A DNA stretch of 64,000 bases from Sedimentisphaerales bacterium (GCA_963666285.1 OY762711.1), one strand, 5' to 3'. Shown: positions 29,897-40,075, numbered from the stretch's first letter. Notes: generated by a model from the letters alone, not told the origin. Translations and numbers: made by a program.

Positions 29897-32413
29897 ATGC
29901 ATAAGAAGATTCTTTGTATAATCTTATTAGCTGTTTTGCTTACCGGCGCTGCTTTCTTTCGCTTTTGGCGGCTGGCAGATCGCCCAATGCATACAGATGA
30001 AGCGGTTCACGCAAAAAAAATGGGCATCCTTCTGGAGGAGGATGCCTATTTTTATAACCCGGACGAGTACCATGGTCCGACTCTTAATTATTCTACCTTG
30101 ATTATTGCCGCACTTCGCGGCGAAACTACTTACCCTTCACTTACCGAGACTACTTTGCGTGCTGTTCCGGCAATATACGGTCTGCTGCTCTGCCTTACTC
30201 CGCTGTTTTTCCTACGTGATATGGGCAAAAGAGCGGTATTGTTGTGCGTTGCTCTTATCGCCTTTTCGCCTGCCTTTACTTATTACAGCCGGTATTATAT
30301 CCAGGAAACCCTGCTGATCTTCTACACGGCATGTTTTCTCGGCTGTCTCTGGCACTGGCTGCGAAATGGCCGTTTCTGGTGGGCCTTCTTCGCCGGGATT
30401 AGCCTTGGACTGATGCATGCTACCAAGGAAACCTTTGTCTTTTCTCTTGTCGCTCTTGTTCCGGCTTTGCTTTATTATCGCTTTATCGACAGCAGGACCG
30501 GTCCAAAAACAATAAAACTATCAGGTATATTTGCCCTGATAATTTCTGCTGCTGTTATTTCTGCGGCCTTCTTTTCTTCTTTCGGCACCAACCCTCACGG
30601 CATAATCGATTCTGTTACCACCTATGCCAACTGGGCTGCTCGTGCCGGTGACCATAGTATCCATAGCCATCCATGGTATTATTACCTCGACCTTATCACC
30701 TGGGTAGAATTCTTTGAACCTCTCTCCTGGAACGAAGATGTAATACCTGCTTTTGCGATTTTTGGCCTTTGCATTGCCTTCCGCTATAATTCTGTAAAAA
30801 AATACAGCCTTATCCGTTTTATTTCGATTTATACCTTTGTTCTTATGCTCATATATTCAGTTATAGCATATAAAACGCCATGGTGTATGCTTGGTTTTCT
30901 TTATGGAATGGTTTTGATTGCCGGTTTTATGGCAGCTAAACTTACCGAAGAAATCTCTGGCAAATTATCTTACATTATCATTTCCCTGATCATTCTGTTT
31001 TGTGCTTTTGTCAGTCCTGTATTTCAAGCCTGGCAGCTAAACTTCAAATACTATGCCGACCAGACCAATCCGTATGTATACGCCCATACCGGTAATGATA
31101 TTTTCGCTATGACAGATGCCGTCGAAAGGGCGGTCAAAGCCTCCGGGGATGAAAATTCATCTGTTTATGTTATCTCCGATGACTGTAACTACTGGCCGTT
31201 TCCCTGGTATCTGCGCAAACTGAAATCTGTCGGTTTCTGGAACAAAATCGACAATTCCGTTTGCAAGGCTGCCATCGTTCTTGCCCGGGCAGACCACGAG
31301 CAGCAATTGCTCAACACGCTCTATTCTGTTCCACCGGCCGGTCAGCGAAATCTCTATGTACCTTTGTTTGACAGTCGTCTGGAGCTTCGCCCCGGAGTTG
31401 AATGGCGGGGATATATTCGTAAACAGCTATGGGACAAAATGCAGGCTCCTAAAAATAAAGAGGTAATTGTGCAGCCAAAAGATGAAAATTCTGAAGTTAA
31501 ACCACAGGTTAGCAAAGACGATATTCCAAATCTGATGAAATTCAGCCATGAGGCGATGCATACTAATTTTGCTATCTTTATCCAGGATGATCGCGGAACT
31601 TATTCCGGCAGGGCGGCACGCGCAGCCTTTAACGAAATTGACAAACTCGAAGCCCAGCTTAGTAAATTTATCGAAAACAGCGATGTCAGCAGGATAAACA
31701 ATCTTTCTCCCGGTGATTCAGAACTTGTCGATATAGACACTTTCAAATGCCTGCAGATTGCTCAAGAGGCTAAGATTCTGTCAAATGGTGCCTTTGATAT
31801 TACCCTTGGCGATGTCTTTCAAGCCTGGAAAAACAAGGAACCGGAAAAGGCAAAAGCACTTTTCGATGCCAAACAAACCGGTCAGCCCCTCGAATTTGAC
31901 CCGGAAGCATATACCGTTACTGTTCTAAAAGATGGTGTTACTATCGACCTCGGCGGCATAGGCAAAGGCTACGCTATCGATAAAATCGCTGAAGTTCTCA
32001 AAGAATGGGGCATCAAAAAGGCACTCATCCACGGCGGCTCCAGTTCTGTCCTTGCTTTAGATCCGCCCAAAAATTCTCCCGGATGGCCGATTACCCTATC
32101 CCACCCGGAAACCGGCGAAACTGTTGACAGGCTGAACCTGGCTAACGAAGTTATCAGTTGTTCCGGCATGCGATATGGCCGTCATATCATCAATCCGGAA
32201 ACCGGTATCCCTGTGACAGATCGCCAGTTATGCTGGCTCCGTACCAAACAGACCGCTGCCCTGGCCGATGCCTTATCGACAGCCGTTATGATCATGCCGG
32301 AGGATGATGTCAAACTGTTAATTGAATCCGTACCCGATATCTCTATCAAAATATATCCAACAGAAAACGCCGACCTTAATGTTGAACCGATAACTTTTGG
32401 CATCTGGCAATAA
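29897..32413 (+). CDS. Fusion: GT-C/PMT-like membrane glycosyltransferase (TIGR03663/Agl23-like) + ApbE FAD:protein FMN transferase
   Basis: RPMHTDEAVH, YHGP, YYSRYYIQE, ATKET, YKTPW, NPYVYAHT, YWPFPWYLR; then AMHT, SRIN, GAFDIT, DLGGIGKGYA, SCSG, HIINP, ADALSTA in one uninterrupted ORF. Confidence 0.85.
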   Translation: MHKKILCIILLAVLLTGAAFFRFWRLADRPMHTDEAVHAKKMGILLEEDAYFYNPDEYHGPTLNYSTLIIAALRGETTYPSLTETTLRAVPAIYGLLLCLTPLFFLRDMGKRAVLLCVALIAFSPAFTYYSRYYIQETLLIFYTACFLGCLWHWLRNGRFWWAFFAGISLGLMHATKETFVFSLVALVPALLYYRFIDSRTGPKTIKLSGIFALIISAAVISAAFFSSFGTNPHGIIDSVTTYANWAARAGDHSIHSHPWYYYLDLITWVEFFEPLSWNEDVIPAFAIFGLCIAFRYNSVKKYSLIRFISIYTFVLMLIYSVIAYKTPWCMLGFLYGMVLIAGFMAAKLTEEISGKLSYIIISLIILFCAFVSPVFQAWQLNFKYYADQTNPYVYAHTGNDIFAMTDAVERAVKASGDENSSVYVISDDCNYWPFPWYLRKLKSVGFWNKIDNSVCKAAIVLARADHEQQLLNTLYSVPPAGQRNLYVPLFDSRLELRPGVEWRGYIRKQLWDKMQAPKNKEVIVQPKDENSEVKPQVSKDDIPNLMKFSHEAMHTNFAIFIQDDRGTYSGRAARAAFNEIDKLEAQLSKFIENSDVSRINNLSPGDSELVDIDTFKCLQIAQEAKILSNGAFDITLGDVFQAWKNKEPEKAKALFDAKQTGQPLEFDPEAYTVTVLKDGVTIDLGGIGKGYAIDKIAEVLKEWGIKKALIHGGSSSVLALDPPKNSPGWPITLSHPETGETVDRLNLANEVISCSGMRYGRHIINPETGIPVTDRQLCWLRTKQTAALADALSTAVMIMPEDDVKLLIESVPDISIKIYPTENADLNVEPITFGIWQ

Positions 32414-32523
32414 GTTGGGTAGAATTATTAATTGACAATCAATTTGATTCTGTGTTTTTTTAACAGTTCGATATGCAAAGCTTTTAGAACAGGCCGCGTC
32501 AGCGGACACCATATTTACCCTGA

Positions 32524-32580
32524 CTAATACCCAATACCTAATAACTAATACCTCTCAAACTGACCATCTGTCAGTTTGAG
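32524..32580. repeat. Heptamer tandem (CTAATAC-like x4) + REP-like palindrome, copy 1
   Basis: CTCAAACTGACCATCTGTCAGTTTGAG at 32554-32580; overlaps the GT2 stop codon. Confidence 0.85.
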
Positions 32581-33311
32581 TTATTTATTACTGTCCTGAA
32601 TGTCCTCTTCAGCCACACAATATCTTTCAGTATTTTATAAATCTCTTGTGACGGCTTCAACCTGCTGTCCAGGTCGCAGGTCCAGTTAATAGGAAATTCA
32701 CTTATACTGCACCCTTCAGATAATGCCAGTAAGATAATCTCGACATCAAACATAAAACTGTCTATTTTACTCTGGCCGTACAGCTTTCTTGCTATATCGC
32801 CATTATAAACCTTAAAACCGCATTGTGTATCTGTCAGGTTGCCCAGCTTTTTGATATCATGGATCAGGAACCAGTGAAACATTTTCGAACATAACTTGCG
32901 GTAAAAACTCTGTGGCCGGTTAATATGGCATTCTGACAGCTTTCGCGACCCGTGAGCTATCTGGCAATCTCCGTTGCGGATAAGTTCCAGCCCCAGGTTG
33001 ATCTCATCAAACGGTACACAGCATCCGCTATCGGCAAAAGCGGCATACACACCCTTGCTCGCTATCATGCCTTCTCGAACGGCGCAGCCTTTACCCATAT
33101 TTTTCTCAAGTGTGATTACCCGGCATTCTGATGCCACTTTTTCGCCTGAACTTTTAGCCGATTCGCTCGTGTCGTCGCTGCTCCCATCGTCAACAATGAT
33201 AATTTCACCCTCAATATTATTTTCAGACAAATATTTATCCGCTTTAATAATATCGAGATGGATTTTGTGCTGTTCGTTTAATGCGGGTATTATTATTGAC
33301 AGTTCAGGCAT
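32571..33311 (-). CDS. GT2 glycosyltransferase, polyprenol-phosphate glycosyltransferase (DPG/DPM synthase-like)
   Basis: SIIIPALNE, IIVDDGSSDDT, NMGKGCAVREG, FADS, DTQCGFK, FDVEI. Confidence 0.88.
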   Translation of the reverse strand: MPELSIIIPALNEQHKIHLDIIKADKYLSENNIEGEIIIVDDGSSDDTSESAKSSGEKVASECRVITLEKNMGKGCAVREGMIASKGVYAAFADSGCCVPFDEINLGLELIRNGDCQIAHGSRKLSECHINRPQSFYRKLCSKMFHWFLIHDIKKLGNLTDTQCGFKVYNGDIARKLYGQSKIDSFMFDVEIILLALSEGCSISEFPINWTCDLDSRLKPSQEIYKILKDIVWLKRTFRTVINNSN

Positions 33312-33530
33312 GGATTATCCTTACAATACTTTTATCATTATTGTTATACCAATTATACATATATAATTAAGTTTAACAACAATTATCCCAACTATTAAGA
33401 GACTCAATCTGTATAAACTGTAGGCAGACAATCGCAAAAGCTAATAAGATGAAATACCCGTCTAAGATAGAATGCCACCTTGCGAAGCTTTTAAAATAAC
33501 CTCAACTCTTCAGTCTTAGTTTTTCACTTA

Positions 33531-34895
33531 TTACAGGTCGTATTCCTTAATCTTCCTGTATAATGTTCGCTCGCCGATACCCAGCATCTTTGCCGCCTGC
33601 TCGCGGTTGCCGTTCACCATCTCCAGTGTACGCTTTATGGCTGTCTTCTCCAGCTCTGTCAGGTTGATTCCCGCCAGGTTATTCAGCTCTACTTCGGTGC
33701 CGGTATTCTCGTGGATTTCAATCGGCAGGTCGGTTATATCCAGCAGCTCGGAATCTGCCAGTACTACCATCATCTTAACACAGTTTCGCAGTTCGCGTAC
33801 ATTGCCAGGCCATTCATAGCTCTTTAAGATCCTCATCGCCGATGGTGTAAAACCCTTCACGTTTCGATTCTCAGTTTCGGCAAATTCTTCCACGAAATGA
33901 TTCAGCAGCAACGGGATATCTGCTCTTCGCTCCTGCAGCGATGGTATCTGGATATTTACCCCGCGAATACGATAGTACAGATCCTGCCTGAACTCTTTTT
34001 TCTCGATCATTTCTTCCAGGTTCTGGTTGGTTGCACTTATTATCCGCACATCAACCTGCGTTCCCTTGGTTGCTCCCACAGGGATTACAACCTGGTCTTC
34101 CAATACTCTCAGCAGCTTCGCCTGCATATTCTGCGGCATATCGCCTATCTCATCCAGAAACAGCGTGCCGCCGTCCGCCATCGCAAAGAAACCCTTACGT
34201 TCTGTCTCTGCCCCGGTAAATGCACCCTTAACATGACCAAACAGCTCACTTTCCAGCAGGGTATCACTCAGACCCGCACAGTTTACCGGCACAAAAGGAC
34301 CATTTTTACGCGGTGAATTATAGTGGATAGCCTCTGCACACAGTTCCTTACCGGTTCCGCTTGGCCCTTGCAGCAATACAGGAACACTAGAATCTGCCGC
34401 ACGGTTCAGTTTATCCAGTACCTTCAGCATAGCAGGGGACTCACCAATCACCCCGGCAAAGTCAAATTTCCTTTCCAGCTGATCCTGCAGCCTGCGGTTA
34501 GTTCGTTCCAGCTGTATCTTCTCTGCCGCACGATTTACCACCGCTCGCAGCATATCCAGGTCAATTGGCTTTGGGATATAGTCGTATGCGCCTTCTCGTA
34601 ACGCTTCTTTACAGGTTTCTATCGAGCTGTGTGCTGTTATCAGCACCACCGCACAGGAACGCTCGCTGCCCGATACTTCCTTCAATATCTCAAGACCGTC
34701 AATACTGCCGCCCAGCCTCAGGTCGGTTACAATTACATGCGGGTCACCCAGTCTGAATATGTCCAGACCTTCCTCACCGCTTGTTGCAATCGTAAGCTCA
34801 TAGCCCTCTCGCTCCAGTGCTTCGGCTAGTGCCTCGGCATGAGCTTCTTCGTCTTCTATTATCAATACCGGTATTGTTGTATCTCTTTTTGTCAT
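33531..34895 (-). CDS. Sigma54-dependent response regulator (NtrC/AtoC family; REC-AAA+-Fis HTH)
   Basis: GPSGTGKE, ESELFGH, GAFTGA, LFLDEIG, WPGNVREL, LGIGERTLYRK. Confidence 0.95.
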   Translation of the reverse strand: MTKRDTTIPVLIIEDEEAHAEALAEALEREGYELTIATSGEEGLDIFRLGDPHVIVTDLRLGGSIDGLEILKEVSGSERSCAVVLITAHSSIETCKEALREGAYDYIPKPIDLDMLRAVVNRAAEKIQLERTNRRLQDQLERKFDFAGVIGESPAMLKVLDKLNRAADSSVPVLLQGPSGTGKELCAEAIHYNSPRKNGPFVPVNCAGLSDTLLESELFGHVKGAFTGAETERKGFFAMADGGTLFLDEIGDMPQNMQAKLLRVLEDQVVIPVGATKGTQVDVRIISATNQNLEEMIEKKEFRQDLYYRIRGVNIQIPSLQERRADIPLLLNHFVEEFAETENRNVKGFTPSAMRILKSYEWPGNVRELRNCVKMMVVLADSELLDITDLPIEIHENTGTEVELNNLAGINLTELEKTAIKRTLEMVNGNREQAAKMLGIGERTLYRKIKEYDL

Positions 34896-34899
34896 AGCT

Positions 34900-35775
34900 C
34901 TATTTATTGTGTTTTACCAGCGGCAGGTTAATGGCAAAGCTCGTTCCTTTGCCGGGCTCGCTGTGTAAGGTAATATTACCATTCATTTCTTCTATTATTC
35001 TGCGGCATGTCGGCAGCCCCAGACCTGTTCCGCCCGAACGGGTCGTAAAGTACGGGTCGAATATCTTTTCCTGGTTTTCATCGGTTATCCCCGGTCCGGT
35101 ATCAATGATTTCTATATGCAAATCATCTCCGTCAGGCATACTTTTTATAATGAGCTCGCCGCCGCTTTCAGACATCGCCTGGGTGGCGTTGATAAACAGG
35201 TTAAGAATTGCCTGCTTAAAATGTGCGGCGTCTATTTTGCACAATGCCTTGTCCATGCCGATACTTCGACGTATCTGAACGTTCTTTGTGGTTGCCTGTG
35301 GCTCATAAAAGTCTATCAGGTCGTCCAGAACTTCATTTACGTCCTGTTCCGATAGATGCAGCTCCATCTTCCCCGCATACTGCATAAAATCATTCAAGGT
35401 ATCGCTTAATCGATCACTTTCGCCGGTAAGTGTCTTTATTTTGCGTAGTTGACGACGGAATTTCTTTTCCGGTTCCGTAATCAGCGAAAAATCAAATCCA
35501 TCTTCAACACTGCCGTCCTTCAAAAGGTATTCGATATCTTCATGCAGCAGCTGCAGGTTTACCTTTATTATAGACAATGGGTTACGGATCTCATGGGCCA
35601 GGTTGCTTGTCAAATCGCCCAGGTTCGCCATTTGCTCGGCCTGCTTCAGCCGGTCGCTCAGCTGGCGGCGGGTTTCTTTCAGTCTGCTTATATATCTCCC
35701 GGCATAACGGCTTCCTGCCCAGAAGCCGCCGAGCGAGCCGACAATTATTCCTAATAAGATATATATAGTAGTCAT
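34900..35775 (-). CDS. Sensor histidine kinase with single TM and no evident sensory domain
   Basis: AHEIRNPL, NLFINA, DTGPG, IFDPYFTT, GTGLGL. Confidence 0.93.
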   Translation of the reverse strand: MTTIYILLGIIVGSLGGFWAGSRYAGRYISRLKETRRQLSDRLKQAEQMANLGDLTSNLAHEIRNPLSIIKVNLQLLHEDIEYLLKDGSVEDGFDFSLITEPEKKFRRQLRKIKTLTGESDRLSDTLNDFMQYAGKMELHLSEQDVNEVLDDLIDFYEPQATTKNVQIRRSIGMDKALCKIDAAHFKQAILNLFINATQAMSESGGELIIKSMPDGDDLHIEIIDTGPGITDENQEKIFDPYFTTRSGGTGLGLPTCRRIIEEMNGNITLHSEPGKGTSFAINLPLVKHNK

Positions 35776-35983
35776 AGTTTCCGTAACATATTAATCGCAA
35801 AATGCCCTTTTTTCAAGCAGAATAACACTCAACCAAAACCGCTGGTGAACTGCAATTATACGGTCAATCATATGGTTTTTAACGATAAACGTCCTATAAC
35901 CTTGCTAATTGAGCTTATTTTATTTTTTTTTAGCCCGGATTGAAGTTTTTTTCACCTTTGAGACGCTTTCAAGGCTGACCGTT

Positions 35984-36053
35984 TCGTCACAATCGTTACA
36001 GTTATACCGGGATAATCGTTACAGTCGGCTCGACATTTGAAACATTCGTTACA
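35984..36053. promoter_or_regulatory. Four direct repeats TCGTYACA in the divergent HK/TPR intergenic region
   Basis: Copies start at 35984, 35993, 36016 and 36046; two share the 12-mer AATCGTTACAGT. Confidence 0.55.
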
Positions 36054-36272
36054 AGTGGAACTTTTGCAAGGGCTGAGTTATCAAATCCCCATTTTCAGTG
36101 CTGAAAACGCTGTTTTTTTTTATTAAGGGTACATACTTACCTACCGATAGATTCTCTGGACAGGGGAGTTAAAAAAAGCTTATGCTTCTTGAAGCTTAAG
36201 CGACTTGTTCAAAAACCAGGCAAAGGGAAGAGGAAAAAAGTAGAAAGCATCCAGGACAGGAGAAAAGAGAAT

Positions 36273-37952
36273 ATGAGTTTTGCTTTAGAATTGTTGGGTA
36301 AAGGTCTGGAAGAAGATTTAATGCGGTTTATTCTGCCGTTTGCAAATCCTCTTTCAAACGACGACCTCGAAATGCTTCAGGAAGCAATAGACAAACAGCC
36401 AAATCATATTGCCAACCAGTTGCGGCTGGCAATCCATTTCGTACAGAGTGGCAGTAATGACAAGGCTGAACAGGTCTTTGATGCTATCTTGAAGTACAAC
36501 CCATCGCATCTGGATGCTCGTCTTGCCAGGGCTTCTATGTATGCAGCAGGCGGTGAAATCGATAATGCTGTTAATCAGTTGGAAGAAGCTAGAAAACAAT
36601 TCCCTGATGATGTGAGAGTTCTCTACGGCATCGCGCATTGTCTTGAACGCGAAGGCAAAATTGATGAAGCTGTAGAATATTATACCAGGGTTGCCGGCGC
36701 AAAAAGCTATCTCAAAGAAGCCTGGGAGCGACTGGCTGCTATTGAACTTCGCAGGGATAATTTACCTAAGGCTATCGAATATTGCTGTGAACTGAGAGAG
36801 CGATTCCCGGAAGATTCTTGGTTTTATATGATTCTTGGTCAGCTCTATTTTGCCGTTGAAGATTATGAACAAGCCATGGAAAGTTTTGAAAGAGGGCTTT
36901 TGATAGAGCCGGAAAACTTTGATGACCGCGATGATGACGTCGAAGCTCTTGTTAGAGAAGGGCAGTTTGAACAGGCGATTGAGCTTGTCAAGATGGCTAT
37001 CGAAGAAGAGCATGGCTCTTTCCCGACTACTTTTGTCAGGCTTGGTGATCTATATTGCCAGATAGGCTCCGATCAGCATGCGGTATTGTCTTATAGCCGG
37101 GCATTGGAAATCTATCCTGGATACCTTGAAGCTGCTGTTAAGCTTGGCACCCAGCATATGAGAATGCACCGTTATTACAAGGCGGCGGAATCATTTAACA
37201 ATGCTGTTGAGATTAACGATAGAATCGTCGCGGCCTATATTGGCCTCGGTGCTTCCCAGTTCCTCGCCGGTCGTCCGGAAGCTGCCGAAGATACCTTTGA
37301 TCTCGCTTGTGCGCTCGAACCAAATACCAACCTGCTGTTTGCAGAGATTAACCGGTTGCATATTAAGCTTGCCATTCAGAATTCTGAAATAAGCGATATT
37401 GACGAAAGTCAGGTCGGTTACGATGGCAAAGATCTGCTTGATATCCAGTTTGCCCGTTACAGACGAGGTTTGGATGAATGGCCGAATAAAGCCGAGCTGC
37501 ATTATAACTATGCTTTGCTTCTCAGGGGCAAAGGGATGGTTGACAATGCGATCAGGCATTATGGCAGGGCTCTTGAGACTAACCCGTCTTTCCAGCGTGC
37601 CCGCTTCAAGCTTGGGTTGGCTTTGCGTGAAAAGAAAAAATACCAGGAAAGTACTACCGAGTTTATAAAAGGTATGCAGATCAGTAAGGAACATTGCGAG
37701 CTCCATTATAAGCTTGCCCTGATGTACTGTGACAAGCTCCAGTTTGCATTAGCGGTTGAACATGTTGAAACTGTTCCCGATGCGATGGATGTCGGCATTA
37801 GTCTAGGTGCAAATATCAACCTGGCTCTGCAAAATATGGGACTGGTCAACAGGGCAGAGGCTACCTGGCGTACCGTGTGTGAACTGGACCCGCAAAGTAC
37901 TCTGGCATTCCATTCGCAGAGAAAAGGACATCTCAGTCACAATAGTCAGTGA
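36273..37952 (+). CDS. Tetratricopeptide repeat protein
   Basis: Many TPR-like units (e.g. AELHYNYALLLRGKGMVDNAIRHYGRALETNP); ATG at 36273 after AGGAG. Confidence 0.9.
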   Translation: MSFALELLGKGLEEDLMRFILPFANPLSNDDLEMLQEAIDKQPNHIANQLRLAIHFVQSGSNDKAEQVFDAILKYNPSHLDARLARASMYAAGGEIDNAVNQLEEARKQFPDDVRVLYGIAHCLEREGKIDEAVEYYTRVAGAKSYLKEAWERLAAIELRRDNLPKAIEYCCELRERFPEDSWFYMILGQLYFAVEDYEQAMESFERGLLIEPENFDDRDDDVEALVREGQFEQAIELVKMAIEEEHGSFPTTFVRLGDLYCQIGSDQHAVLSYSRALEIYPGYLEAAVKLGTQHMRMHRYYKAAESFNNAVEINDRIVAAYIGLGASQFLAGRPEAAEDTFDLACALEPNTNLLFAEINRLHIKLAIQNSEISDIDESQVGYDGKDLLDIQFARYRRGLDEWPNKAELHYNYALLLRGKGMVDNAIRHYGRALETNPSFQRARFKLGLALREKKKYQESTTEFIKGMQISKEHCELHYKLALMYCDKLQFALAVEHVETVPDAMDVGISLGANINLALQNMGLVNRAEATWRTVCELDPQSTLAFHSQRKGHLSHNSQ

Positions 37953-38046
37953 TAAGATTTTTTGATTGAAATTGATACCAAACTTTTCTCTTTGTTAGAG
38001 TTTGGTTTAACGAACCATTAGCTTTTTTGTACCACAATTCTTTTTG

Positions 38047-38080
38047 AGGGTCGGCAATTTAAAACTGCCGACCCTTTTAT
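38047..38080 (+). terminator. Intrinsic terminator after the TPR gene
   Basis: AGGGTCGGCA-N9-TGCCGACCCT followed by a T-rich tail. Confidence 0.85.
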
Positions 38081-38125
38081 TTTAATCAAACCAATTATAT
38101 ATTGAAAACTCTATTTTGCGTCAGC

Positions 38126-38201
38126 TGTCTTTATAAAAAACTAATCTGAGTTAAAATTAGTTTTGTTTTTATGATTATCCGAAAGATATTTGATCTTTGA
38201 A
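38126..38201. repeat. 76-bp degenerate direct repeat of 43215-43290 (IS481-like end fragment)
   Basis: Ungapped alignment, 59/76 identical by hand count; both copies begin TGTC. Confidence 0.75.
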
Positions 38202-39401
38202 GCGGTTGGTCATAGGATTTCAAAAGAAGTGAGCCAGAATTCTACTGTAACTTCATATAATGAATATTGTTACAGTGGTGACCGGATTATTGCTGAGTAT
38301 GAAGACCTTGATAGTGACAGTTTCTGTGATGAATTAGCCAGAAAATATATTTATGGTCTGGACATTGATGAACCGATATGTATGATTGTTTATGATGCCT
38401 CAGGGATTGAAGATGGTCTATATTTCTACCATCAGGATGCCCTGGGCAGCGTAATAGCTCTTTCAAAATATGATGAGATTAATGGCTATGCCTCTGTAGT
38501 TGAAAAATACGATTATACCCCGTTTGGCCTTACTACTATCTACTCCCCAGGAATCAATGGAATATGGGGAGATTCAGATGATTTAGATGATTTGACAGTT
38601 TCAAATTATGGTAATCCTTATCTTTTCACAGGTAGAAGATGGGACCAGGAAACCGGCAAATGGGATAGTACAGCAGGACCATCAGGAAAATGGGTTGCTG
38701 ATACAGGGTTGTATTATTATCGTGCCAGGACATATGCTCCTGAATTCGGCAGATTCCTCCAGCCTGATCCTATTGGTTATTCCGATGGCATGAATATGTA
38801 TGCCTATGTCGGCAATAATCCAGTTGGATTTGTTGATCCGATGGGTACTAGTAGGGAGTATTTGAGATTTTTTAGAATAAAGCCAGCATCTGTTCTAATT
38901 ACTGCAACAGAGAGTGGTAATAAAACTCGTCTCAAATTAGTTAGTGCGACTGACATTGTCAATACGATGGAGAAATCTAAAGCATCAGGCGACAAAATAA
39001 CATATTTTGAGTATATTGGTCATGGAGATACTAGTGGTGGTGGTTTATCTGTTAATCAAAAAGATGGCCTACCTACTGGTATTTGGACTTTTGATTACGA
39101 CACTTATGCAATAAGTGATACAGAAAATGTTGATGTTTCGCATATGAACTATAATATTAATGATTTGGCGAAATTGATCAATGATGCTTTTGTTAGTGAT
39201 CCAACAATGATTTTAGGAGGATGTTGCACAGCAAAAGGTGACAACAGTATTGCATATATATTAAAAAAGATATTACCAAGTGCAGATATCTATGGTTACG
39301 ATGACATTGCACAGATAAATACTATACTTGATAAACACCGCCCTAAAGAAGAAACAGGCACAAAGTACATTAAAGTTGGAGCTGACAAAAAATGCGAATA
39401 A
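38190..39401 (+). CDS. Orphan (N-terminally truncated) Rhs core + C-terminal toxin domain
   Basis: YHQDALGSV, YDYTPFG, NPYLFTGRRWD, GLYYYRARTY, RFLQPDPIG...YVGNNP...DPMG. No convincing start or RBS. Confidence 0.88.
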   Translation: MIFEAVGHRISKEVSQNSTVTSYNEYCYSGDRIIAEYEDLDSDSFCDELARKYIYGLDIDEPICMIVYDASGIEDGLYFYHQDALGSVIALSKYDEINGYASVVEKYDYTPFGLTTIYSPGINGIWGDSDDLDDLTVSNYGNPYLFTGRRWDQETGKWDSTAGPSGKWVADTGLYYYRARTYAPEFGRFLQPDPIGYSDGMNMYAYVGNNPVGFVDPMGTSREYLRFFRIKPASVLITATESGNKTRLKLVSATDIVNTMEKSKASGDKITYFEYIGHGDTSGGGLSVNQKDGLPTGIWTFDYDTYAISDTENVDVSHMNYNINDLAKLINDAFVSDPTMILGGCCTAKGDNSIAYILKKILPSADIYGYDDIAQINTILDKHRPKEETGTKYIKVGADKKCE

Positions 39402-39820
39402 AAATCTTTCTTTTAATTACGTCACTAATTTTATTGTTTGTGATTATTATGGTTGTATTTAATGATGCTGATAGTATATATAAACATAGAGTCGATGGAA
39501 CCAAATTTTCATTGTATTATCTGCGTTCAATGATTATATGTTATAATAAAGAAGAGGGCATTTATCCTAAGTCGCTTGCGGAAATGCAAAATTATTTCAA
39601 TGAGAAAAAAACTAATTCATTTAGAAATAATAATAGTGAATATATATCAAGTAAAGATGGTTGCGACAAAGAGTTTGATTCTCTAGATGGCAATGGTGGG
39701 TGGTATTATGATAATAATACAGGGCTTGTTAAGGTAAATATTACTAAGCCTGTAAATTATTATTTGCAATCCAAATCTTGGTTTTGTAGTAGTGATGATG
39801 AAATACCAAGTGAGTGGTAG
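39392..39820 (+). CDS. Putative immunity protein with N-terminal TM
   Basis: Overlaps the Rhs stop; AT-rich; position typical of a cognate immunity gene. Confidence 0.55.
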   Translation: MRIKIFLLITSLILLFVIIMVVFNDADSIYKHRVDGTKFSLYYLRSMIICYNKEEGIYPKSLAEMQNYFNEKKTNSFRNNNSEYISSKDGCDKEFDSLDGNGGWYYDNNTGLVKVNITKPVNYYLQSKSWFCSSDDEIPSEW

Positions 39821-39857
39821 ATAAATCAGCAAGAGATAAATTAAAGGTGTCTGACAC

Positions 39858-40060
39858 GAATGGCGGTAGATTAAGGGAATTAAAGCTAAAAAGCCTCCAT
39901 GAACGATAATGGAAATATCACAATACTATTATCGAAACGGAGGCTCATATGTCTGAAAAGGATTTCGGCAAAAACAGCATCAAAGCTTTAAGAATTCACC
40001 AGAAACTTGAATCATCTATCCTTAATTCTATCCGCAAAGTATTACCAGGCTCTATAATAC
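39858..40060 (+). mobile_element. Possible IS4-family left-end remnant
   Basis: End-like GAATGGCGGTAGATTAAGG; hairpin AGCCTCC...GGAGGCT sequesters an RBS before ATG 39949; short ORF (...NSIRKVLPGSII) reminiscent of a transposase N-terminus. Based on recall, not a search. Confidence 0.35.
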
Positions 40061-40075
40061 GAAAGAAAATAGATA

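Noticed and set aside
28916..29902. 328-aa minus-strand ORF and other long antisense ORFs (e.g. 21885-22613, 25046-25723, 41682-42404, 46007-46585)
   Set aside because: They are shadows of well-supported genes on the opposite strand, with no motifs of their own.
35776..36272. Sigma54 promoter near the NtrC-like regulator
   Set aside because: No convincing TGGCAC-N5-TTGC found by eye on either strand.
39862..40035. MITE bounded by GCGGTAGATTAAGG / CCTTAATTCTATCCGC
   Set aside because: The match needs gaps, there is no TSD, and the right-hand sequence lies inside the short transposase-like ORF.
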